64,000 nucleotides of DNA, from positions 96,001 through 160,000 of the forward strand of contig JBHLMN010000004.1 in the NCBI GenBank assembly GCA_048938105.1, given 5' to 3'. Origin of the DNA: Promethearchaeota archaeon (GTDB lineage: Archaea; Asgardarchaeota; Heimdallarchaeia; Hodarchaeales; Hodarchaeaceae). This document shows, one piece after another, positions 19,716 through 29,795 of the stretch (positions are counted from its first letter, which is position 1; each line of letters starts with the position of its first letter). A model generated the notes under the pieces. That model was not told the DNA's origin. It worked only from the letters and a program-made list of their open reading frames with translations, and did no database searches. The position numbers and the translations under genes were made by a program.

Positions 19716-22319
19716 TTATTCTTCTTTCTTTTTCACTTTTAACTCCTCAAGGAGGGAGCGTTGTTGGGTATGTAGGGTATAATATAGATCGAAAATCCCT
19801 GTTTTAGGATAAAGTGTTAATCCCAGTTCACGGGAAAACTTTTGCAAGCGTATTAAGTTATCATCAGGGAGAAAATCGTCTAGGTTTTTTTCAGGCCTTG
19901 AAGAAATGGCTGAAGCTTCTAATGCTTGATGGAGTTCTTCGGAGTTTGATTGTTGTTGGAGATGGCTGATCTCAAGTAGTAAGTTATTGACCATTGAGTG
20001 AGCTAGATCAAATAAATGGCGAAAATCCTGCCATTCTAATGAGTCAATCATATGTAAATCGTGGTATTCCGCAATTCGTAACCATGGAATGGAGGTGGCT
20101 CGAAGATAACGAACATAATTGACTAGACTACCTACCAAGTTTTTGACTTTTGTATTTGTCCTCTCCCTGTCGGCTTGGGAAGACGAAATATCAAAGTATG
20201 ATTCTAATCGCTGCAACTCTTGGCTGACTGCGTGAACCATGTCATGGGTAAGCGGAGCAGGGAGCTCATTGACGAAATCCAGCTGCGTTTGATAGTATTC
20301 TCGTCCTCGTTCTGTGATCGTCCAATAGGTGCTACCACTCTCTAAACCTGTGGTAAATAAGCCAAGTGACTGAAATTGGTCTAGCGCGAGCACCCCTTGC
20401 TTATCTTCCTCAATTAATCCCATGACTTCATCCACCTGACGTGGTTGGTAAATAAGCAGTTTCAAGAGCTTCATAAGTAGTTCATATTTTATGGGAGTTA
20501 ATCCCAACGTTTCTGACCCACGTTGCTTCGCCTCTGGAATAAATATGGGTTTAAAATCAATTGGACAGAAGTATTTCAGTTTGAAATGGTAAGCATTATT
20601 CTGGGGACTATCTTCACGGAAGAGGAGCCCCTCTCCTTCAGCAATCCCTACAAACTGTTGTTGGGTGTATATAGGGGATTTATGGGTGAAAGAAATTTCG
20701 TGTGATGTGAGGAGTAATTCCCGATCTTGTGCACTCGCGAGCTTCAGATAAATACTGTTCTTGATCTCTTCAAAGTTATCCATATTCGAAGCTAATGCCT
20801 GTAAGCTTTGGCTTCCAAGCATCATGATGTTATCGCGAGCGATGGTTTTACATGCATCCACCACAATGGATGAAATGATTTCCCGCTGACGGCTATAAGC
20901 TGTTCGTCTACTAAGGAATTCAGCTGCGTGTGTTAACACTACGCATCCATTTTTCATATTCTGTGAGAGGTAATGAAGGAGAAATCCAATAGTTGCGCGA
21001 CGAATAAGTGGTGGTTGAGCACCAAATTGAAAAAATGTTGCTGTTCTGTCCCTAACTAATGTGTTACTATAATGGCCCATGAATGCAGCATAATTAACTT
21101 CGGGAAACGACCGAAATTGCTCAAGAATACCTGCCAAGGCTTCAATAGCCATCATGTCTGCAAACATCATGTCTATCCCTTCTGTGTTGACTTGTACATC
21201 ACTCTCATTTCCCCCTCCAATACTCAACTTCACTTCTTGTAATGTAAATAATGAATTCGATTCCGCAGTCTTTTTGATTTGTGCTTCTAATGGTACTGAG
21301 TACCGTGCTGTAAGATATTCTGAAGTATGTAAAGAGCTGAGGAGAATTTGACTGATGAGATGCGATTTCCATGCTGCTCGCGCTTTGGCTGTCGTTTTTT
21401 TCCCACTTGCTGAAATAGGGATGATAACATCACATAGGTTGAGATGGATATTTGTTCCTAAGCGAAACAATTGTAGGTGGAAATCAGGAGGAGGACTGGC
21501 CTGAAAGTGCTTAATGAGACCATTGAGTTCGCTATAGGTATCGATAACGAAAATTTGGCGGGTAGAGTCAGTTCCCGCTAATGAGGCAATCAGTCGTTGG
21601 AGAATGGTAAGTACTTCGGTATTGGTTGAGCCACAGACGAGAACGGATCCTGTACGTAACGCTGGGAATCCTACTGGCAGCGCGGGGTTTGTAATCTGTG
21701 TACCTACCTTATGTACAACAGGTAGATCAGGGGCAACATAATGTTGGATGTGTCTCGATGGCACTCGATCCAATCGGAGAAATGGCTCAACCCACTTAGA
21801 TTGAAACCCTCTATAACCTTTAAAAACCGTGATACCTTCAGGTACACGTTCCCCATGGAAATGCACCCGAATGAGTCTTTCCCCACTCACTAGGGTAACT
21901 TGACATCCACTTGCTTCGAGAATGGTATGAACCATTGAACGCCGCTTTACGAATGCTTTTCGGGCATCTTGGACAATAGTTGGCAGTATTCGCTCTGATT
22001 TCACCCAGAATTTATACGAGACACGCACAAGGAGAAGTAAGGCGGTATGAGAGTCATCTCTATCATTCTGTTTTGATTTGGTGAATTGTGCGGGAAAAAT
22101 TTCTCGAATAACTTCGACTCCAGGATGATTGGTAGCATAAAACAGCGTTTGTGAGGCATTCTTAATGTCCTTGCGTGGTTGTAGAGCAAATATTGAGATC
22201 AACCCTGCCAGTGGGGCCCATGGGATGAATACTTTATCATAATCAATTTTTTCCAAGATAAAGAGGGTGGATTTATCCTCCAACACTTTAGACGCAAGCT
22301 TCGTGTGCCTGATAGCCAT
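19716..22319 (-). CDS. Catalytically degenerate VirB4/HerA (DUF87)-like P-loop protein with a C-terminal wHTH
   Basis: Motif order matches HerA/VirB4, but Walker A reads GSTNTEV and Walker B reads VVLTHAAEF. Also IFVIDTYSEL, MLGSQ, IYLKLASAQD, GEGLL and wHTH wing WTITERG. SD AGGAG. Confidence 0.6.
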   Translation of the reverse strand: MAIRHTKLASKVLEDKSTLFILEKIDYDKVFIPWAPLAGLISIFALQPRKDIKNASQTLFYATNHPGVEVIREIFPAQFTKSKQNDRDDSHTALLLLVRVSYKFWVKSERILPTIVQDARKAFVKRRSMVHTILEASGCQVTLVSGERLIRVHFHGERVPEGITVFKGYRGFQSKWVEPFLRLDRVPSRHIQHYVAPDLPVVHKVGTQITNPALPVGFPALRTGSVLVCGSTNTEVLTILQRLIASLAGTDSTRQIFVIDTYSELNGLIKHFQASPPPDFHLQLFRLGTNIHLNLCDVIIPISASGKKTTAKARAAWKSHLISQILLSSLHTSEYLTARYSVPLEAQIKKTAESNSLFTLQEVKLSIGGGNESDVQVNTEGIDMMFADMMAIEALAGILEQFRSFPEVNYAAFMGHYSNTLVRDRTATFFQFGAQPPLIRRATIGFLLHYLSQNMKNGCVVLTHAAEFLSRRTAYSRQREIISSIVVDACKTIARDNIMMLGSQSLQALASNMDNFEEIKNSIYLKLASAQDRELLLTSHEISFTHKSPIYTQQQFVGIAEGEGLLFREDSPQNNAYHFKLKYFCPIDFKPIFIPEAKQRGSETLGLTPIKYELLMKLLKLLIYQPRQVDEVMGLIEEDKQGVLALDQFQSLGLFTTGLESGSTYWTITERGREYYQTQLDFVNELPAPLTHDMVHAVSQELQRLESYFDISSSQADRERTNTKVKNLVGSLVNYVRYLRATSIPWLRIAEYHDLHMIDSLEWQDFRHLFDLAHSMVNNLLLEISHLQQQSNSEELHQALEASAISSRPEKNLDDFLPDDNLIRLQKFSRELGLTLYPKTGIFDLYYTLHTQQRSLLEELKVKKKEE

Positions 22320-22361
22320 TTCTTCTAGACTCCTAGTTCATCGTATATGATTCCCTCTCTT

Positions 22362-22380
22362 CCTTTTTATATTCAAGATT
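22362..22380 (-). promoter_or_regulatory. Cluster promoter motif copy AATCTTGAATATAAAAAGG
   Basis: TATA about 45 nt upstream of ATG 22319; matches the other copies. Confidence 0.65.
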
Positions 22381-22720
22381 CAATTATGTTGAAGATATTT
22401 GCTGAAGTCGTCTTTCAAGGTATATTTTGTAGCTGAGTGACTAATTAATTTCAGTAAAATGAGTATTCACTTGTCTTAATTTGTGGATTTTATGTTTAGC
22501 TTCAATTCATTTAATCCTCTTATTTCGTGTTGTTTTCTCATCCTTTACCTTACACTGCTATAGAACGCTTCACATGGGTTCAAATCGCTCTCTGTTCTTC
22601 AAACTCCTCAATAGCATTGAAAAGTATGTCTTTGATAGTTTTGGGAGTATCGGATGCAATGATAGAATATATCAGGCGTTCTTCTTCTAAGCTCTCAATT
22701 TTAATCAATGCTATTCACTC

Positions 22721-23518
22721 TCATTCAAAAATCAGTAATTCTAAATCGCTATGATCACAAGTGCTCCACTTCAAGGCTCGTTTCCTTCCATATTGTGTTA
22801 TAGTAGTTTTAAAGTGAAAATATGTCAGTAAGGTATCTAAGAGTGTTTCAAAGAAGCAATCCGAGGAACTTGAGCATAATAGACACTGATCACAATCAAT
22901 GGAATACTGAGTAGCTCGTCTCTCGATATGATTTCCATTTAGCGAATCAAGAATTCTATCAATAATTGTAAGCACATCACGCCTCTGTTGAATTGCATCT
23001 GCTAATTGGAATCTTTGAAGAAGCCTTTGAGCCACCAATATACCTAAATCTTCTAAATCTTTTGCTAAAAAGTCGTTTTCACTGATTAACCGTTCATTCT
23101 GCAACACCATCCCCAACTCAAGTCGTGTGTTGAGTCTGACTAAGTGTTCTCTCACTTTATCCTTGAAGGTATCAAAGATCCGTAGATTGAGGACAATTTC
23201 ATCTTGCCATTGTATTTCAGGAAAATTTCGGAAGAACTCGTGGATCAAGTACTCGAAGTCAGCCTCACACCAAACAGGATTAATGGTGGAGTCCAGCGCA
23301 AGCATAAAAATTAAATCATTTTGTTTCCTGAACATAAATGTGACCTTGGCCATTTGGAGAGCATTAATGGTATCCTCCTCGACTTGACTCACAAAGCTGT
23401 AGAGTGCACTGATTAAACTTGAACGGAGGAAACTATCAGAATCACTTTCATGGTGAGGTAGTTGAACTTGGAAAAGCATCAAACCATGGTCAAGAACACA
23501 AAGAAATTCACGGATCAA
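22721..23518 (-). CDS. Longin-domain protein with a C-terminal Cys-rich V4R-like domain
   Basis: Longin pattern GLMLF...LRSSLISALYSFVSQV...IFMLALD; C-terminal CDQCLLC-x5-CFF; SD GGAGGT. Confidence 0.6.
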   Translation of the reverse strand: MIREFLCVLDHGLMLFQVQLPHHESDSDSFLRSSLISALYSFVSQVEEDTINALQMAKVTFMFRKQNDLIFMLALDSTINPVWCEADFEYLIHEFFRNFPEIQWQDEIVLNLRIFDTFKDKVREHLVRLNTRLELGMVLQNERLISENDFLAKDLEDLGILVAQRLLQRFQLADAIQQRRDVLTIIDRILDSLNGNHIERRATQYSIDCDQCLLCSSSSDCFFETLLDTLLTYFHFKTTITQYGRKRALKWSTCDHSDLELLIFE

Positions 23519-23589
23519 TTTTGAGAACCTCCAAAAGTAAAATTAACCATATTTTCGACCAGAAATCTATTTAACTCGAGTTTCACTAC

Positions 23590-24477
23590 TCAGTCCTCCC
23601 ACTCATAATCCTCGTCTAAGTCATGAAACTCAGCCTCTGTTGAGCTCACAAGTACACCCTTCTTTGATTTGAAAGGGACGAAGAACACTTGTGGCCTATT
23701 TAATTTCCCATGGAGCGCCAATAGCGCCACCAGTAATAATCCCCACAAATAAATGATAAACGCCACAGTGCCTATCAATACAGCGATCAAGAAGTCTTCT
23801 GTCCGCCAGAATGTGTCTAGGGTGAAAATTATTAGGACAAGGACACTGTTAAAAAGAAAAACAGGCCGAATATTCAGATTCAAAATGATCGTATTGATAA
23901 CGGACAACCAGTCATTCATTGTGGGCATCATGACGCCAAAAATCCCCACAAAAAAGTAGAAGTGGAGTGCGGCGCCAGCAACTGTAAGAAACACCTGAGA
24001 AAGTGGAGTGATCAGTGCCAAAGGAGTGATTAATATGTACCCTACCAACAATACCCAGCCAAACCGACTGGGAGCCATCGCGACTCGTCGTGCATAGTCA
24101 ATACGATTGACCGAGATAATAAGCATAGCGTTCTCATCGAATCGTCCAAGGCCAGTCGAAAGACTTGAACGGATGTGATGTTGGTCGTAAAGATCATCAA
24201 TGTCTTCGCTTTCCTCTTCTTTTTGTTCTAGGTCACGATAAATCTCCTTTGCCATGAACACATGTAGGTACACATGAAGGAAACGAAAAGGAAACCAAAG
24301 GATATTAGCAATCCGTTTCAGAAATGGGAGGATATGCAGGATCAATTGTAATAGCATATACATAAATAGTTGTTTGATAAAGAAGAGTATTAGATCCCGT
24401 GGGTCGAGGATTTCATGTACATACCAGTCAAAAAAACCCAGTAATCCTAAAGCAATCAGATCAAAGACAGTACTCAT
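23590..24477 (-). CDS. Membrane protein, M50-like zinc peptidase fold with degenerate HExxH
   Basis: PFRFLHVYLH (V in place of E), RVAMAP and MPTMND motifs; multiple TMs. Confidence 0.5.
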   Translation of the reverse strand: MSTVFDLIALGLLGFFDWYVHEILDPRDLILFFIKQLFMYMLLQLILHILPFLKRIANILWFPFRFLHVYLHVFMAKEIYRDLEQKEEESEDIDDLYDQHHIRSSLSTGLGRFDENAMLIISVNRIDYARRVAMAPSRFGWVLLVGYILITPLALITPLSQVFLTVAGAALHFYFFVGIFGVMMPTMNDWLSVINTIILNLNIRPVFLFNSVLVLIIFTLDTFWRTEDFLIAVLIGTVAFIIYLWGLLLVALLALHGKLNRPQVFFVPFKSKKGVLVSSTEAEFHDLDEDYEWED

Positions 24478-24739
24478 TATGCATCCCTAACCTATCCTTT
24501 GACTTCATGAATGTATAGTAATGAATCAAACGTTCTCTCTCTAAAGCGGCAAGTGCATACGATAACTGAGTTTCTACATCCGTTAGAATATGAAGTAAAG
24601 TATCGACCACTGACAGATAGTCTGGGAAGGCTGGTATGGTCTGTATCTGATAGAGGTCGGTTAAGAATTGGAGGAACTCCTGAAGAGTACCCTGAAGTTC
24701 TTGTACCCAGTATCCTAGACTAGTCTTTTCTATCAACAT
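24461..24739 (-). CDS. Small helical hypothetical protein
   Basis: Has a promoter motif copy upstream and overlaps the start of the next gene. Confidence 0.6.
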   Translation of the reverse strand: MLIEKTSLGYWVQELQGTLQEFLQFLTDLYQIQTIPAFPDYLSVVDTLLHILTDVETQLSYALAALERERLIHYYTFMKSKDRLGMHNEYCL

Positions 24740-24768
24740 AATATCTCAAAAGACTATTCTGGAGTACT

Positions 24769-24786
24769 CCTTTTATACTAAAAATC
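24769..24786 (-). promoter_or_regulatory. Cluster promoter motif copy GATTTTTAGTATAAAAGG
   Basis: TATA about 32 nt upstream of ATG 24739. Confidence 0.7.
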
Positions 24787-24976
24787 AACATGCAAAAAGG
24801 GAAATGGTTCCAATGTTCATAATTAGAAACTCAATATGTAGAAGGATATAATTAAGTGAGGGATAAGTCCTAAATTCACAAAAGGCGATTAAACGAGGAA
24901 ATTAGTTATTTCAAAATAGGTTCCAGGCTTTAAATGATCTATCACTATAATGCAATTGATAATCATTCTTAGTTAT

Positions 24977-25495
24977 TTAAGCCTCTCCCTTCGAGTGACT
25001 GTTACGGGAGCGTTCCCATAAAGGAAGAGTTGAAAAATGTATATGATATCGTTTATTCATTGCACGAATTACTTCTTTCCGTACTTCAGGTAGTATTAAT
25101 TGCTTTTTCGCATGGAGTCGTACTCTGAGCGCTCCTTCTTTTGAGATTGTTATTATTCCTACTCCTGTTTCTTCAGCCCACGACAGTTGTTGCTTTTTGG
25201 TGATAGAGTCAAGGATTTCAAATTGCTCCTCTGGACAAACCAGATAACAGTAGTCACAAAATTTCCGGTATAATACAGGATGTTGGAGATGTAGCTGTGT
25301 TTCTGCTTCAAAGAAGTGGATAGAACTGTCAATTTGGCTTATTGCTGCTAGATCAATTCGGAACTGCTCTTGGTCAATCATTCTTTGTAGATCCAAGTGT
25401 TTTGAAGTGATTTGCAACTCCAGATACGTCTGAAAGTGTACTTGTTTGACTAAAATGGTTTCAAGTCGTATGATCAGTTCTTTCTCTGACAACAT
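24977..25495 (-). CDS. PD-(D/E)xK-like (MmcB-like) nuclease-fold protein
   Basis: RIDLAA...HFFEAET...YRKFCDYCYLVCP...GVGII; ExE in place of ExK. Confidence 0.5.
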   Translation of the reverse strand: MLSEKELIIRLETILVKQVHFQTYLELQITSKHLDLQRMIDQEQFRIDLAAISQIDSSIHFFEAETQLHLQHPVLYRKFCDYCYLVCPEEQFEILDSITKKQQLSWAEETGVGIITISKEGALRVRLHAKKQLILPEVRKEVIRAMNKRYHIHFSTLPLWERSRNSHSKGEA

Positions 25496-25522
25496 AATTA
25501 GTCATATTCGATTCTTAGTTTC

Positions 25523-25541
25523 GATTTATATAATCAAAATG
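25523..25541 (-). promoter_or_regulatory. Cluster promoter motif copy CATTTTGATTATATAAATC
   Basis: TATA about 30 nt upstream of ATG 25495; a more divergent copy. Confidence 0.5.
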
Positions 25542-25636
25542 AGTCTTTTGAGTTCTTTTTTACTTCAAAGTGAGACTTTCGAGTTCTTAAGCATCATTAA
25601 GAATTCTAGGTAGAGGATAACTACTTTTCAGGTGTA

Positions 25637-25903
25637 TTGATTTTGACTAGTTCTCATAGTATTTCTGGACCTAATCTCCCCTTTCTTGATGAGATTTTTT
25701 GTAACAGCCCTTTGTGTCAGATTTGTGAATATGCTAGTGTATCAGGGGGTGTTTGTTTATTATTACTGAATAGAAGGTTCCCTGTTAATCTAATCGTGAA
25801 AGACTCACAAGTTGTGAGTTGCTCAGCCCATCGGAACTGGATCCAGTCGTTAGACAATGAGAAATTATCTAGTCAAATAGATAGCCACAAATTTTCTGGT
25901 TAG
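25637..25903 (+). CDS. Small Cys-rich putative metal-binding protein
   Basis: C-x4-C-x2-C-x9-C...CxxH pattern; SD AGGTG; ends 8 nt before the Hef-like gene. Confidence 0.55.
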   Translation: MILTSSHSISGPNLPFLDEIFCNSPLCQICEYASVSGGVCLLLLNRRFPVNLIVKDSQVVSCSAHRNWIQSLDNEKLSSQIDSHKFSG

Positions 25904-25911
25904 GGATCATT

Positions 25912-27837
25912 ATGACCACACATGACGAATCTCCGCATTTAGAGAAACTTAGGTTTAATCCTTCATTACAAGAACAGCTTCTTCTTCCTAAAGTCCATGA
26001 ACAAAATTTACTAGTAATTTACTCTACAGAAGATACATTAATACGTATTCAGGCATTGATCATTCTTTTTTATTTGAACCAATCCACAAACCATACCTCA
26101 AGAGTTCTTATTCTAACTAAAAGGAATAACCAGGAAAAGTTCCAAACCTTACTCAAAACACATTTAAACCAAAGAACGACAGTTCTTAACGGAACCATAC
26201 TCCCACATGCAAGGAAACTTGACTACAATCGTTATTCAGTGATTTTGTCTACCCCACAAACTACCAAGAACGATCTAGCTGATAATTTCTTCCTATCTGA
26301 TCACTTTTCTTTAATTATAGTCAATCAAGCCGAAATGGCAACATCTTCTAGCTCACTGAGATATTTAGTTAATAAATTAACTAATTTTAGGGTAATTGGA
26401 TTTACTCAGGTGACTAATTCAGACCATTTAGAATCTGTGTGCAAAAACTTGCAGCTAAAGAGAGTGGTTCAGTTAAAGGAACCGCTTTCAACCCTCGAAC
26501 GATCCAATATCCAGCATTACTCGATTCCCTTACCACAGGAATATTTTTTCATTCTGGAAATCCTGGATCAAATAAAGAAACATACATTCGAAGAATTAGC
26601 AAGACTAGGATTTGATGTTTCCTCGAAGAGTACCTATCGAGACATTACTGCGATCCATGAGAGTATTAAAAAAGATAACAATAGGAAAGCTCTTATCTGT
26701 ACAGCAAATCTCCAACGAATTATTATCCTTCAACGTATTATTATTTCCCAAGGCTTTCCTGCTGCTCTTGATTATTTCACAACACTTGAATCACACCTTA
26801 TGAGGGATCAAAATTACCAAGGGAAAAAGGCCATCAGGATTTTTCTTGGGGATATGAAAATAGCGAAGCTTCGAGAGTTTCTTGCTATACACAAACAACT
26901 CCAACATCCTAAATCCCAAATGATCCTTAAAATAATCAATCAATATAGAATAGGGATTTCCATTGTGACCAACAATTACTACAATGCGTCTTTTTTAAAG
27001 AATTATTTAAAGGTAAAGGGCTTTTCTGTACTTCAAATACGTGAACCCATTAGTTCTTTGACGGATATTAATCTCCAACGAGCTCTTTTACCATTCACCG
27101 AACAGAAAGTTCAGATTTGTATCACAAATACTGTCAATGAGCTTATTGCTCGAAATGCTGGAGTAATCATCGCGTATGATGTAAATGCAGGTATCGTTGG
27201 CACTTTGAATAGTTTGGATGTAGACATTCCTAAGGTGTTCTTATTGGCTAAACAAACTAATGAAGAGGCTAGGTTTTTCTATCTCAAAAGATTAGGGCTT
27301 CACTCTCATAAACAGAGTCAGAACTTCAATAACCTCAATGAGACCTTAAAAAGATATCATAGGGAAAATTCTACAATTGCTAATGTTACGGATCCCCAAT
27401 CAACCATTTCTACTAGCGAAGATTCTCATGTCTCCTTAACCTTTAATAGTATTTTGTATGAACTTGGAATACCATATCTTTTCTCACAAAAAGAATACGC
27501 TATTCAATCTGATGATGATGTTAGCTTTCCTGGTTTTATACTCAATAACAAAATTTCTTTTCTTCTCCTCATTCCTGACACGATTGACTTTTTTATGTCT
27601 TCAACACCACAAAAAATCTTTAGTCAACTAAAAAAAGAATTTTCTCATGTACACTTGATTCTTTTACCTGATAGTTTGATGACCCTTAGTTTTAACTTTC
27701 GCTGCGACATTTTACATACAGCAAATCACTTTAGGATATGGATTTCTTTTCTTTTACAAGCTCAAGATATTCCTCAGTTAGTTACACGAATAATTAATAA
27801 GCCATTATATCGTTCTAGTCAACCAGTTTCTCTATAA
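25912..27837 (+). CDS. Degenerate Hef/FANCM-like SF2 helicase with a remnant ERCC4-like C-terminal domain
   Basis: Matches Hef segments (ILSTPQTTKNDL, SLIIV, VIGFT, HPK, LLAKQTNEEARF), but Walker A reads YSTEDTLI and DEAH reads NQAE. Confidence 0.65.
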   Translation: MTTHDESPHLEKLRFNPSLQEQLLLPKVHEQNLLVIYSTEDTLIRIQALIILFYLNQSTNHTSRVLILTKRNNQEKFQTLLKTHLNQRTTVLNGTILPHARKLDYNRYSVILSTPQTTKNDLADNFFLSDHFSLIIVNQAEMATSSSSLRYLVNKLTNFRVIGFTQVTNSDHLESVCKNLQLKRVVQLKEPLSTLERSNIQHYSIPLPQEYFFILEILDQIKKHTFEELARLGFDVSSKSTYRDITAIHESIKKDNNRKALICTANLQRIIILQRIIISQGFPAALDYFTTLESHLMRDQNYQGKKAIRIFLGDMKIAKLREFLAIHKQLQHPKSQMILKIINQYRIGISIVTNNYYNASFLKNYLKVKGFSVLQIREPISSLTDINLQRALLPFTEQKVQICITNTVNELIARNAGVIIAYDVNAGIVGTLNSLDVDIPKVFLLAKQTNEEARFFYLKRLGLHSHKQSQNFNNLNETLKRYHRENSTIANVTDPQSTISTSEDSHVSLTFNSILYELGIPYLFSQKEYAIQSDDDVSFPGFILNNKISFLLLIPDTIDFFMSSTPQKIFSQLKKEFSHVHLILLPDSLMTLSFNFRCDILHTANHFRIWISFLLQAQDIPQLVTRIINKPLYRSSQPVSL

Positions 27838-28009
27838 GAATCGTTCCACTAAACTCTATCATATCCTAGGTTATTTTGATAATCAAACGAAATATCAATA
27901 ATGAAAAAAAAGACTCAGGGAGACTGGATCTGTTCGATTGAATGTGACAATGATCACACCTAAAAGGATTCATTAAGGGAAATGAATTCATATGTTTTCT
28001 TCTTTCTCT

Positions 28010-29752
28010 TCAGCGTAAACCGAATAACCTTTTCATTTTCGCAAAGTAGAGGTCATAGGTATTATATAATGTTTGAAGACTTTGATAAACACGTACTGGT
28101 GGTAACATCGCCCGCATTTTCACTACTCGATAATCTAGAATAAGACTTGCAGCAAAATCCGACTCTGATCTAATTCCTCTCCCAATGGCTTGGGAGATAC
28201 TTCGTGTGACTGGAAGCATAGATATGAGTTTCGCTGTTCGCCACCCCCATTTTTGCTGATACAAAGAGTTGAGTAACCGGTTCGTTGCGTCTGGTCGAGG
28301 AAAGGGGAGTCCTGCTATGATAATCAATGACAATAAGCTTCGATTTGTCTTCGAATCCAGTATTTCAATCCCTTCAGAGAGCTTCCCTCCAATCACCCCA
28401 AATATGAGTTCATGGTTTTTCTCTCTCAATTCATCAATGAAAAAAGGGATTATACCAAGATTTTCGACATACACCTGTGGTATTGAAATATGAGCGAGGA
28501 TTTTTTGTTTCATTTCATGAGATGTGGCAAAGACAATGGTATGAAACGGATTACTGGAGTGCATCCGTTGTATGACGGTAGCCATTGCTTCATATGTTTT
28601 GGCACTTCGTTCAGTGAATTTAGACGTAAATTGACGATGATAAAGTATACCATTCAAACTGAACTGAAAGTCTGAGGGTATTCGAAGCGTAGGATAAGAC
28701 AATCCATATAGTGCCAGATATAGGGATAATGGTGTAAAAGTTCCCGACATCAGGATGACCCGAGTGAAATGCTTGTTCACAAAATCGAATGCTTGATGTG
28801 GGAAAGGATTCAGTTGGAGTAACTTGTTGTCTTCTGATATCCAAATATCTCCTCTTGAAGAAATGAAATCTTTGACTTTTAACAGCTGATTTTTTTCCAT
28901 GAGGGATAATTTGTATTCATGATCCAAGAATGCGTCTAATGCTGCCTCTGACAATGTTCGTGGTCTTTCCACTCTTCCATGATGTGAGCAGATCAACTCC
29001 TGTAACTCATCGATCACTTTTAAGGGGATAATTGTTTGAGCTTTATTTAAATCGTTCGTTGTGATCTCTGTTTCGATATCAGCTGTAAAATTATGCCCCT
29101 CGTCTATAATTGCCATGGTTTGTGGAAAAGAACTGCGTGAAAGAAGCTGGGAGAACATATTTTGAAGATTTTTACTTCGTAAATAGGTGTGTGTGGTAAT
29201 GACTATATTTGAATATGGTATACACCGTTTGATTACATGATAGGGACACCCAAACTCTTTAAACGCCTCTTGAAAAGCCTCAGTCGAAATTGCCTCATCA
29301 TGTGCTGTAATTGGGATTTGTTCGACAATAGCAGGGAAATCTTCCTCTGGAATAGATTTAGTCTGTTCAAGAAAGGGGCATCGTATTTGCCCACAGATCT
29401 TGTGATAGAAGTGGGGGATTTCGTCTCTTTTAATACATAAATCTGCTTTAAGAATGAGAGGAACAGCTGTTAAATAGCCATATTTTCGACTATTTGCGAT
29501 CTTATAAATCTCATTGAGGAATACCTGGAACACTTGTGTCTTCGTTCGAACAAAAATATATAATTGGTAGTTTTTTGATTTTACTAGCGGAAGTGCATGA
29601 ATCAACGCCATAATTGTTTTCCCAAATCCGACTGGGGCATGAATCATTGCTTTTGGATTCTTCTCAACAAATCGGAGAAACTTTGTTTGATAGGCCCGCA
29701 GTTCTGGATGAGGAAAGAGCTGTAGTGCTGGGGGAAGATTAGTATCAATCAT
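28010..29752 (-). CDS. xpd: XPD/Rad3/DinG-family Fe-S helicase
   Basis: Q motif RAYQ, APVGFGKT, four Fe-S Cys (LC..KIC..RCP..GCPY), DEGHN, SGT, SEGIE, GLPFP, QAIGRGIR. An alternative GTG start exists at 29821. Confidence 0.8.
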   Translation of the reverse strand: MIDTNLPPALQLFPHPELRAYQTKFLRFVEKNPKAMIHAPVGFGKTIMALIHALPLVKSKNYQLYIFVRTKTQVFQVFLNEIYKIANSRKYGYLTAVPLILKADLCIKRDEIPHFYHKICGQIRCPFLEQTKSIPEEDFPAIVEQIPITAHDEAISTEAFQEAFKEFGCPYHVIKRCIPYSNIVITTHTYLRSKNLQNMFSQLLSRSSFPQTMAIIDEGHNFTADIETEITTNDLNKAQTIIPLKVIDELQELICSHHGRVERPRTLSEAALDAFLDHEYKLSLMEKNQLLKVKDFISSRGDIWISEDNKLLQLNPFPHQAFDFVNKHFTRVILMSGTFTPLSLYLALYGLSYPTLRIPSDFQFSLNGILYHRQFTSKFTERSAKTYEAMATVIQRMHSSNPFHTIVFATSHEMKQKILAHISIPQVYVENLGIIPFFIDELREKNHELIFGVIGGKLSEGIEILDSKTNRSLLSLIIIAGLPFPRPDATNRLLNSLYQQKWGWRTAKLISMLPVTRSISQAIGRGIRSESDFAASLILDYRVVKMRAMLPPVRVYQSLQTLYNTYDLYFAKMKRLFGLR

Positions 29753-29795
29753 GGTGTTTCCACAGAGAATTTGTGGTAGACATTTCTGGAGGTAG

